From the NCBI RefSeq assembly GCF_020860705.1, contig NZ_JAJBTT010000044.1:9204-73203 (forward strand): a DNA stretch of 64,000 bases, given 5' to 3'. This stretch comes from Akkermansia sp. (GTDB lineage Bacteria; Verrucomicrobiota; Verrucomicrobiia; Verrucomicrobiales; Akkermansiaceae). Each line of letters begins with the position of its first letter. The first letter of the stretch is position 1. The position numbers and the translations under genes were made by a program. The notes under the pieces were generated by a model, which had not been told where the DNA came from, did no database searches, and saw only the letters and a program-made list of their open reading frames with translations. Below, one piece after another: positions 1-7,754 of the stretch.

Positions 1-191
1 TTTCCGTATCCCCTAATAGGAACAATTTTTTCATTGGAGGGTTGACACATTTAGACTCTTCAATCATAATCCCGATGTCTAGAGAGTGTTCCTCTCTTTC
101 TTATGTACTCACTTAATTGTTACAGTTCAATTATCCTTTATAGGTGTTTGAATTAGATAATAGTTATTTGTGGTACTTATAGATGAACGAT

Positions 192-222
192 GTCGCATCC
201 TTACGGATGTGTGGATTGAAAC
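192..222 (+). repeat. Solitary, slightly degenerate copy of the CRISPR repeat used in the array at 54580-55781
   Basis: gtcgcatccTtacggatgTgtggattgaaac matches the array consensus gtcgcatcctcacggatgcgtggattgaaac at 29/31. One change is in the hairpin loop and the other turns a G:C pair into G:U, so the stem-loop is kept. No intact partner repeat at -65 or +65 nt. Confidence 0.85.
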
Positions 223-256
223 CTATTGGGGGAAACGGATAAAAGAGAAAGATGCT

Positions 257-293
257 CTGCCCAGCTGAATTAGTGTCAGCTGGGCAGTTCTTT
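257..293 (+). terminator. Rho-independent terminator-like hairpin downstream of the solitary repeat
   Basis: Perfect 12-bp stem ctgcccagctga / tcagctgggcag (257-268 / 276-287), 7-nt loop, then ttctttat. Confidence 0.6.
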
Positions 294-651
294 ATGTCGG
301 AATTATATTATTTTCCAATAGTCCAGTTGACGAAGTAGAACTGACAAGATCATAGAGAATTAGTAGGCTTGACAGAAGTACGGATAAAGAGCATCGTTTA
401 ATCCGTTCTGCCCATTCAGGGCGGAACTACGGTAAAAATAAGCAAGATGAATCCCCTGTTCCTGCAAGGTCGTCTATTGCTACTTCTCGGACGGTAGTCC
501 GTGAAGATATCTTGATATGCGCCGGTGAGCCGTTCCGGCGCGAGGGAAGTAAACGGCTGGTCTTGATTTTGCGTCAAAGGAATGATTCCGGAAGAGGAAC
601 GTATTCCGTGCGCAGTTTCCAAAGGAATGAACCTTTAACATTTTTACTGTA

Positions 652-1812
652 ATGAAAGAACATATACACATTTTTGATACGACACTGAGAGACGGAGAAC
701 AATGCCCCGGCGCGGCGATGACCGTGGAGCAGAAAATACAGGTGGCCATGCAGCTGGAAGCCCTGGGAGCGGACATTATTGAGGCGGGCTTTCCCGTCAT
801 CTCGGAAGGTGACTTTCTGGCCGTCCGGACCGTGGCGGAACGCACGGAAAAAAGCCGCATCTGTGGGCTGGCACGCTGCGTGGAAAAGGACATTGTAGCC
901 GCTCATGAAGCGCTGAAGGCTGCCGGAGACCGGGAACGCATCCATCTGGTGGTGGCTACTTCCCCTATCCACCGGAAGTACAAGCTGGGAAAAAGCCGTG
1001 GGCAAATCAGGGACATGGCCGTCAAGGCCGTCACCATGGCCGCCGGATTATGCGGGGAAGTGCAATTCTCCGCAGAGGACGCGTCCCGCACAGAACCGGA
1101 GTTCCTGGCGGAAGTGGTGGAGGCCGTGATTGATGCGGGCGCTGCCGTCGTCAATATTCCGGATACGGTAGGGTACACGATGCCTGAGGAATACTACCAA
1201 CTGATTTCCTACCTGAAATCCAACGTTCCCAACGTGAACCGCGCCAGGCTGTCCGTCCATTGCCATGATGATATGGGGATGGCCGTAGCCAATTCCCTGG
1301 CGGCCATCCGCGCGGGAGCGCAGCAGGTGGAGGGAACCATCAACGGCATCGGGGAACGGGCGGGAAACACCGCTCTGGAGGAAGTCGTCATGGCGCTGCA
1401 TTCCCGCCCGGACTTCTTTTCCGGCGTGCAGACCGGAATCCGTACGAAGGAGCTGGTGCGCACCAGCCGCATGGTGGCAGCCATGAGTGGCATGCCTGTC
1501 TCACGTTCCAAGGCCGTGGTGGGGGCAAACGCCTTTGCCCACGGTTCCGGCATTCATCAGGACGGCGTTCTGAAAAACCGGAGCACGTACGAGGTCATGG
1601 ATCCGGAGGAAATCGGGTGGGGAAGGACGGAATTGCCCCTGACCAAGCATTCCGGAAGGCACGCCGTAAAAATGCGCCTGGATGCCTTGGGCCACTCTGT
1701 TCCGGAGACGGACATGGGGCGCCTGTTTGAACTGTTCAAGCAGCGGGGAGACCAGTGCAAGTTCGTGTACGATGAGGACTTGTCCGCCATGGTGGCCTCC
1801 ATCCAGGCGTGA
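652..1812 (+). CDS. 2-isopropylmalate synthase / citramalate synthase / homocitrate synthase family enzyme, short form (386 aa)
   Basis: N-terminus IFDTTLRDGEQCPGAAMT...IEAGFPV and HCHDDMGMAVANSLAA...GERAGN are hallmark HMGL-like/LeuA motifs. The ORF ends about where the C-terminal LeuA regulatory domain would start. Confidence 0.85.
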   Translation: MKEHIHIFDTTLRDGEQCPGAAMTVEQKIQVAMQLEALGADIIEAGFPVISEGDFLAVRTVAERTEKSRICGLARCVEKDIVAAHEALKAAGDRERIHLVVATSPIHRKYKLGKSRGQIRDMAVKAVTMAAGLCGEVQFSAEDASRTEPEFLAEVVEAVIDAGAAVVNIPDTVGYTMPEEYYQLISYLKSNVPNVNRARLSVHCHDDMGMAVANSLAAIRAGAQQVEGTINGIGERAGNTALEEVVMALHSRPDFFSGVQTGIRTKELVRTSRMVAAMSGMPVSRSKAVVGANAFAHGSGIHQDGVLKNRSTYEVMDPEEIGWGRTELPLTKHSGRHAVKMRLDALGHSVPETDMGRLFELFKQRGDQCKFVYDEDLSAMVASIQA

Positions 1813-1819
1813 GCCTCCG

Positions 1820-1853
1820 CCGTCCGGGAATTCAGCGGAGAATTCCCGGACGG
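1820..1853 (+). terminator. Stem-loop after the leuA-like gene (possible terminator, no clear U-tract)
   Basis: Perfect 14-bp stem ccgtccgggaattc / gaattcccggacgg with 6-nt loop, 8 nt after the stop codon. Confidence 0.45.
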
Positions 1854-2312
1854 CCCATTCCGGAAGGAAAGGGCGGATTCCGGTGGTTTTGCTGGGCCAA
1901 GTACAATCGTATGTGCCTGGAATTCTTGTTTCTCTTTTATCTGAAGCTGTCTGTTCAAGGCATTACGTTTTAAGCAGGAAGAGGCCTGCGGAGCAGGTTT
2001 GTGGAGAGAAGTGCCGTATTGATAAAGAAGCTTGGGAGTAGGAAATGAGACGGCCGGAAATACGGAATCCTTTTCTTCGTTATGCCATGCATCTCGTTTT
2101 TCCTATCCATGAGACGGTTCTTGTTTCTTGTTAAAAGAACCGGCACATTGCCCTTGAGCTTTCTTTTTCCACGTGGGAGTACCATATCCACGTCAGGGAA
2201 TTGTTTCTTGGAAACAAGTGCAAAAAATTATCCATAAGAGTGTTACGAGTCAATTAAACGAAAGACGGATTTGGAATCCGAAGTCAAAGGAAAAATCTGT
2301 GGAAAAGTTGGT

Positions 2313-2405
2313 TAGGGGTAATAGGGAACATAAGGATGATAGGAATAATAGGGGGCGGCAAAATTGCCCTATTGCCCCTATTATCCTTATATTCCCTATC
2401 ATAGG
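2313..2405. repeat. Convergent arrays of 9-bp-periodic TAGGG repeats forming a long imperfect palindrome
   Basis: Plus-strand TAGG/TAAGG starts at 2313, 2322, 2331, 2340, 2349, exactly 9 nt apart. Minus-strand copies (CCTA/CCTTA) end at 2371, 2380, 2389, 2398, also 9 nt apart. Units are TAGGGGTAA, TAGGGAACA, TAAGGATGA, TAGGAATAA, TAGGGGGCG versus TAGGGAATA, TAAGGATAA, TAGGGGCAA, TAGGGCAAT. Confidence 0.8.
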
Positions 2406-2480
2406 CATCTTTGACGGCGGCTCTGACTGCTCACGGATTCCAAATTCGTTAAGAACCAGCCGTACGGTATTTCTGTACTT

Positions 2481-3371
2481 TTGTTCATTCTAACGAAAGT
2501 TAAAACTATAAGAAAAACATTATTAATATGTACCTGCGGTGTAATGATAGGTTCCGCATCTGCGGCCTCACTTGTCTGGAATGGGGGAGAATCCGGTGCA
2601 TGGGGCACGGCCGGAAACTGGATTGATAGCGGTACGGGCAGCGCACCGGCCTCCGTCCCATCCGGCAATATAAGTGCTGCCGCTGCCAATACGTATACTC
2701 TGAACGGGCATGTGAATATTACCGAAGGCAGTATGTTCAATAACGGCAATCAGACTATTGTCATCACCAATGGTTCCTCCGTGACGCTGTCCGATGCGAC
2801 GGCCAACGGTACGGCCAGGAGGTTTGACGGCGTATTCCATATTGAGGAAGGATCTACTCTTACCGTGGGCACCTCCTATTTCTACGGAGCTTCTCAAATT
2901 TACGGGACTCTGATCGTTTGTACCCAATTCGCCCCCCAGGAGGGGTCCTCCCTGGACTTTGGCTTCTCCGGCATTATGAAGCTTTCTACCTCCAATACCT
3001 ATCACGGAATGGAGGGGAACGGACGCACTACGAGCATCAGCGCCACGCTGGATCTTGGTACGGGTTCCAATTACGAAGTGGTTCGGCGCCAATTGTTTGA
3101 TTTGAACGGCGTTACGGATTTCGATCTGAACAAATGGGGTAATCCGTGGCAAGTTACTGCCGGAACGATCCAGGGCACAAATGGAGAGGCGCTGACGGCT
3201 GCGGATGGAGACCTTGTAGCCGGAGCCGATACGCTGGGCCAGTACAAACTGGTGCTGGATGCGAAAGACGGGTTGTACATTGATTACGTGGCGGCAGTTC
3301 CGGAACCAGCCACCGCCTCTCTGAGCCTGCTGGGAATGGCCGTTTTAATGATGCGCCGCCGCAGGGCCTGA
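2481..3371 (+). CDS. Secreted PEP-CTERM-anchored protein
   Basis: N-terminal signal-like segment. LVWNGGESGAWGTAGNW resembles autotransporter-associated beta-strand repeats. C-terminus VPEPATASLSLLGMAVLMMRRRRA is PEP motif + TM helix + Arg cluster. Confidence 0.8.
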   Translation: MFILTKVKTIRKTLLICTCGVMIGSASAASLVWNGGESGAWGTAGNWIDSGTGSAPASVPSGNISAAAANTYTLNGHVNITEGSMFNNGNQTIVITNGSSVTLSDATANGTARRFDGVFHIEEGSTLTVGTSYFYGASQIYGTLIVCTQFAPQEGSSLDFGFSGIMKLSTSNTYHGMEGNGRTTSISATLDLGTGSNYEVVRRQLFDLNGVTDFDLNKWGNPWQVTAGTIQGTNGEALTAADGDLVAGADTLGQYKLVLDAKDGLYIDYVAAVPEPATASLSLLGMAVLMMRRRRA

Positions 3372-3403
3372 TTCGTTTATTTGCCTGTTGAAATAATCTG
3401 CCG

Positions 3404-3445
3404 GCCGTTTCCCTGCATTTGCCTTTTAGGGAAACGGCTGTTTTC
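3404..3445 (+). terminator. Rho-independent terminator after the first PEP-CTERM gene
   Basis: 11-bp stem gccgtttccct / agggaaacggc (3404-3414 / 3428-3438) followed by tgttttcc. Confidence 0.6.
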
Positions 3446-3493
3446 CTGCCGGTTTTTTACGAACCGGGAATAATCCGATCCTGTTGTTCATTC

Positions 3494-4324
3494 ATGAAGA
3501 CCGCTCTCTTTTACCTTTCCTGCGCTGCGGCGTTTGGCGTTTTTCCGGCGGGCGCCGCATCGTACTGCATTGACTTCGGTCCCTTGAGTTCGGCAGCGTC
3601 TTACAAATATATTTCCACGACCAAGTTGCAGGGGTGGAACAATGTGGCTTTTTCCTCAGACCAGACAAAGACGGGGGATATTACTTTTTCGTCCAATTAT
3701 TACGGAGGGGACAAGGACAAGACGCATGAAAATGCATCCGGGAAGGAGATCATTGTTTACAGTACGGAGGGAGCCGGGCAGAGCATTACCATGTCCGGCG
3801 TTAAAAACGGCTCCAGCGGAAATCTGTCCATGATTGGCGGGAGCGGTTTCGCCTACGCCCCGGATTCCCTGTACAAGAAATTTGATCCGGCAGCGGATCT
3901 GACGGTCATGCCTTCCACGGCCTATCAGGATTTCGTCACGGCCGACCATGGAGCCAGCTTTACGCTGACTTTTTCCGGACTGGCCGCGGGCGTGTATCAT
4001 ATCTCTCTGGCGGCAGGGCGCACTTACGCCTCCGGAGGAACGGCTCCGGGAGCCTCCTATTCGTTAAACGGAGTGAACCGTACCATTGCCGGGAATGACG
4101 GCGCGGCCGGCCAGTATGCAGGCATGCTGGAATGGCAGGAAATGGAAATAGGGGAGGATGGGACGCTGACACTCACGGTGAGCGGCCTGTATGATGAAAG
4201 CAAGGGAGAATGGAGCAGCGCCGCCCTGAACGGTCTGGTCATGATGCAGGTTCCCGAACCCTCTGCGGCCTTCCTGAACCTGCTGGGAATGGCCGGTCTG
4301 GCGTTCCGGCGCAGAAGGGGGTGA
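3494..4324 (+). CDS. Secreted PEP-CTERM-anchored protein (second, tandem)
   Basis: Signal peptide MKTALFYLSCAAAFGVFPAGAAS. C-terminus VPEPSAAFLNLLGMAGLAFRRRRG. Start chosen at the Met preceding the signal peptide (ORF opens at 3419). Confidence 0.8.
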   Translation: MKTALFYLSCAAAFGVFPAGAASYCIDFGPLSSAASYKYISTTKLQGWNNVAFSSDQTKTGDITFSSNYYGGDKDKTHENASGKEIIVYSTEGAGQSITMSGVKNGSSGNLSMIGGSGFAYAPDSLYKKFDPAADLTVMPSTAYQDFVTADHGASFTLTFSGLAAGVYHISLAAGRTYASGGTAPGASYSLNGVNRTIAGNDGAAGQYAGMLEWQEMEIGEDGTLTLTVSGLYDESKGEWSSAALNGLVMMQVPEPSAAFLNLLGMAGLAFRRRRG

Positions 4325-4388
4325 GACCCCGTATTTTCCGTAGCCGCCCGGCAAAGCACGCTTTCCGGGGTTCCCTTTCTGCTTTCCG

Positions 4389-6248
4389 TTAAAGCGATTT
4401 TCCGTTGGGCCACATCAGCATTTTCTTCAGGAACCGTTCATCGTTGACGGTCACTTTCGGGAAGATGCGTCTGCTGGACGCCTTGAGGGCATTGATGGCG
4501 TCTTCTCCCTGGAGCGGGGTGCGGTCAGAGCCGTCAATGACGGTGCGCAGCCATGCCGTCTGGGGCATGTTACAAGCTTCCACCGCCTTGAAGGGCATGC
4601 GTTCCCTCCAGTTGGTTCCTCCCGTGGTGCCGGGGATGTTCAGGCGCTTGTTGACGTCAAAGAGGGCGGGCCAGAGAATGGCCGCATAACGGGAGTTGGA
4701 CCGGAACAGGGCATCGTACATGGCCGTCTTGATTTCCAGGTTCCAGTAGGAGAGCCATGTGTCCGGCTGCATGCCGGAAAAGTCCGCAAACCATTTGAGC
4801 AGACGCGCTCCGTCTTCCGCCTGGCGGACAATGTTTTCCTGCTCCGGGTTGGAAGGCGTTTTGGGGGAGCTTCCCTTCCACAACCCCAGCTTCCGGGCGC
4901 GCTCAATTTTGGCGTAGCTGTCGTTCCAGGTCTGTATGATGGTTTCAAAATCATGCGTGCCGAACGCCGCAAAGGAACATTCGTGATATTCCTTTCCAGG
5001 GGTGATGGTGCCATCCGTCCTGATTTCCCAGTGGGGGATCTTGAAGCCGGGGATGTCCAGCTGCCGCATGTTCGGGCGCACGTAATCCGGCACACAGCCC
5101 AGGTCTTCCCCCACCACGCTGACTCCGGGAGCGGCGGACAGCAGAAGGCGCAGATACAGGTCTCCGTCCGCCAGGTTCAGGTTGCGGTCCACGGCGTTGT
5201 CATCCGTGCGCGGCTTGAAGCCGGGGAGTCTGCCTCCCGTTCTCTGGGCCGCCTGTTCAAGGGTAAGCGGCAGAAAAACCTCGTTTTCCGTGGGTTTCCA
5301 CGGGAAGGAGTAAATGCGGTAAAAGCCCAGGATGTGGTCAATCCTGTACATGCTGAAAATCTTGGTGCAATACTTCACCCGGCGGCGCCACCAGGCGAAG
5401 TTGTCCTGGGCCATGACCTCCCATTTGTACAGGGGAATGCCCCAGTTCTGCCCCCATTTGGCCGTGAAGGGATCCTCCGCGTAATTACCTTCCGCCGGAG
5501 CTCCTCCGCACCAGTCCGTATCAAACAGGTAGCGTTCAAAAAAGACGTCAGCGCTGGAGAGGGAGACGCCGATGGGGATGTCCCCCATCAGTTTCACGTT
5601 GCGTTCGTCCGCATAAATCCGGATAAACTCCCACTGTTTTTCACAGAGCCATTGAAGCCAGCGGCCGAAGTCCTTTTCTTCCTCGTAATCGGCGGCGATG
5701 GCCTTCGCCCGTGCAGGGTCCTGCTCCGGCCAGTGCCACCAGATTTCCGTGCCGAACAGGTCGCAGAGGACCTGAAAACACACAAAGTCTTCCAGCCAGC
5801 TGCCCTGTTCTTTCACCCATTCCCGGAACTTGGGCATGATGCCCTCGTACTCCGGCTTGGTTTTGAAGTTGTTCCATGCGCCCCGCAGAATCCACATCTT
5901 CCAGAATCTCACCTTGGGGTAGTCCACCAGGTCCGGACCGGAGGGCTGTTCCCATGGCAGGGTGTCTCCGGTTTCATTGAATACGCGTTCTTCCAGGCCG
6001 GGAATGGTCCAGGGTTCCAGGGAAAGGTACAGGGGCTCCAGCGCCACGGAGCTGATGGCGGAATAAGGGGATGGGCATTCGTCCCGGCCCAGGGCGTTGA
6101 CAGGCAGTAATTGAAGGAATCCCACGTGGGCGTCCGCCGCCCAGTCAATCCACTGGCGCAGAGCCGTCAGGTCCCCAATGCCGTGATCGTTGTTACGGCG
6201 AAGGGAGAACAATGGCAGAACCACTCCGGCTAATCTCTTTTCATTCAT
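4389..6248 (-). CDS. malQ: 4-alpha-glucanotransferase (amylomaltase, GH77)
   Basis: GVVLPLFSLRRNNDHGIGDLTALRQWIDWAADAHVGFLQLLPVN and YRIDHILGFYRIY are typical MalQ motifs. Start placed at MNEKRLAG (ORF opens at 6368). Confidence 0.9.
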   Translation of the reverse strand: MNEKRLAGVVLPLFSLRRNNDHGIGDLTALRQWIDWAADAHVGFLQLLPVNALGRDECPSPYSAISSVALEPLYLSLEPWTIPGLEERVFNETGDTLPWEQPSGPDLVDYPKVRFWKMWILRGAWNNFKTKPEYEGIMPKFREWVKEQGSWLEDFVCFQVLCDLFGTEIWWHWPEQDPARAKAIAADYEEEKDFGRWLQWLCEKQWEFIRIYADERNVKLMGDIPIGVSLSSADVFFERYLFDTDWCGGAPAEGNYAEDPFTAKWGQNWGIPLYKWEVMAQDNFAWWRRRVKYCTKIFSMYRIDHILGFYRIYSFPWKPTENEVFLPLTLEQAAQRTGGRLPGFKPRTDDNAVDRNLNLADGDLYLRLLLSAAPGVSVVGEDLGCVPDYVRPNMRQLDIPGFKIPHWEIRTDGTITPGKEYHECSFAAFGTHDFETIIQTWNDSYAKIERARKLGLWKGSSPKTPSNPEQENIVRQAEDGARLLKWFADFSGMQPDTWLSYWNLEIKTAMYDALFRSNSRYAAILWPALFDVNKRLNIPGTTGGTNWRERMPFKAVEACNMPQTAWLRTVIDGSDRTPLQGEDAINALKASSRRIFPKVTVNDERFLKKMLMWPNGKSL

Positions 6249-6452
6249 ATCAGAACCCATGCTTGAACGGTTCCCCGGATGGACCTGTGCCAGCCGTGGG
6301 AACCGTAGGTGGCACCATAGCATTCCCGGAAGGAATGCGGCAAGCCTAATACGTTGCCTTTGCGCCATGATTTGCGGCGTCCGCGTGAAGAGAACATGGG
6401 AGGGAGTCCGGGAGGAACGCCTGTTTTTTCCTGCCGGGAGAATCGCTCCCTT

Positions 6453-6839
6453 TTAAAAAGGCAGGATGTCCGCTTTTTCCATGTGGCCGGATGTGAGGGG
6501 AAAGGCATGAGGTCCGGCTGCGGGAAACAACATGATGACCCATTCTCCCTGTTTGTTGATGGAAAGCCCCGTTTTCTGCCTTTCTCCATCCTTCTTCCAT
6601 GAAGTGAAGGGGCGACGGTATTGTTCAAGCATGACTTCTTCCGTCCGTGGAACTTTGTATTTGCAGAGCGCCGTGGAGAAGTAATCAAAGGAGGCATCGG
6701 AACCATGGTAGGACAAGGGAGGGGGAGCCGTCTGGACCATCAGGGGATGCATAAGCTGGCGGCCATGGACTTCCTTTGCTTTCATCATGCAGCATGATGG
6801 AACAATAAGTAAAAGTGCCGGAAAACACATCTTGATCAT
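6453..6839 (-). CDS. Small hypothetical secreted/lipoprotein-like protein
   Basis: ORF with hydrophobic N-terminus MIKMCFPALLLIVPSCC. No recognisable domain. Confidence 0.4.
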   Translation of the reverse strand: MIKMCFPALLLIVPSCCMMKAKEVHGRQLMHPLMVQTAPPPLSYHGSDASFDYFSTALCKYKVPRTEEVMLEQYRRPFTSWKKDGERQKTGLSINKQGEWVIMLFPAAGPHAFPLTSGHMEKADILPF

Positions 6840-7013
6840 TTGGAAATGAAACTGGTACGTTTTACCACTATCCGGAAAGTTTTCCGATTGTCCAGCATGA
6901 AGAAGGCGGGGACTGGCAGGAAAGCGGGAATTTTTCCTTGGAAGTGAAATCCTGCGGAACAGGCGCAAATTCTACTTCCCTCCGCCATTTTCAATGGTTA
7001 GTATAACAGGCAA

Positions 7014-7634
7014 ATGAAATTGGCACTTCTCCCTTACGCCCTGCTGGTGCTGCTGGCCTCCTGCGGCACGAACAAGCATGTGAATGCCTGGGACCGTCAG
7101 AGTTCGGCGCTGGATCCCGTAGGCATCACTTCCAAGAAAATGGCGGCCAAAAACAAGGCGGACCAGGCGATGTACAAGCCGGGAGAATCCGTGACGTTCA
7201 AGAAGGAAAAAATGATGGTGTTCCAGCAGAACCCGGAGAGCAATTTTTCCACAAGCGGAACCGTCAGGGGGGACGTGAAGAACGCCAAAGTACTGGTTTG
7301 CGGAGATTTGTTCGCCAAGGTTGAATTTGAAGACGGCAGCCAGGGATACGTGAGCCTGTCCGAGATCGTCAATCCACAGGAAATGATGGGCTTTTATCCT
7401 GTCTCCACCCCCGATATGATAGGGCCGGACGGAATGCTGCTTCCGCTGCCTGCCAATATGGGCGCCGTCAGTCCTGAAGCCGCTTCCGCTTCCCGTGAAC
7501 TGGATTTGTCCCGGATGAACACCTCCCTGAGTCCCGTGCCGCCGTCCGCTTCTTCTTCCCCGGCTGCGGGTGCCGCACCTCAGGCGCCTCCCCCCGTCAA
7601 CATGCCTCTTCCCGCATCCAGCGTGAAACAATAA
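7014..7634 (+). CDS. Hypothetical lipoprotein with Pro/Ser-rich C-terminus
   Basis: Lipobox-like MKLALLPYALLVLLASCG. Central GDLFAKVEFEDGSQGYVSLSEIV is SH3-like. No firm family assignment. Confidence 0.55.
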   Translation: MKLALLPYALLVLLASCGTNKHVNAWDRQSSALDPVGITSKKMAAKNKADQAMYKPGESVTFKKEKMMVFQQNPESNFSTSGTVRGDVKNAKVLVCGDLFAKVEFEDGSQGYVSLSEIVNPQEMMGFYPVSTPDMIGPDGMLLPLPANMGAVSPEAASASRELDLSRMNTSLSPVPPSASSSPAAGAAPQAPPPVNMPLPASSVKQ

Positions 7635-7754
7635 GAGCCTGTGGCGCAAATACCAGGAACGAAAGGTCAGGGCAGGGAAAAATGGGCGGTTTAATCACCT
7701 GCCGCTTTTATCGTTGCACCTTCGCGTGTTGTCTTTGAAACCGCCTGTGGCGGT

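Noticed and set aside
63-160. Possible decayed CRISPR repeats at about 63-95 and 128-158, roughly 65 and 130 nt upstream of the solo repeat. These would make 1-222 the tail of an array.
   Set aside because: Only about half of the positions match, and only after allowing indels. In AT-rich sequence I cannot separate that from chance by eye. In real arrays the distal repeat decays first, not the inner ones.
2228-2236. DnaA-box-like TTATCCATA (and TTATCCTTA at 2381-2389), raising the idea of a replication origin.
   Set aside because: These are isolated near-matches. There is no cluster of consensus boxes, no adjacent AT-rich unwinding element and no dnaA/dnaN gene nearby.
1860-2310. Small ORFs in the leuA-like/PEP-CTERM intergenic region (1970-2191 -, 2173-2493 +).
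   Set aside because: No start context, no domain and odd composition. The second runs through the TAGGG palindrome. Treated as noncoding.
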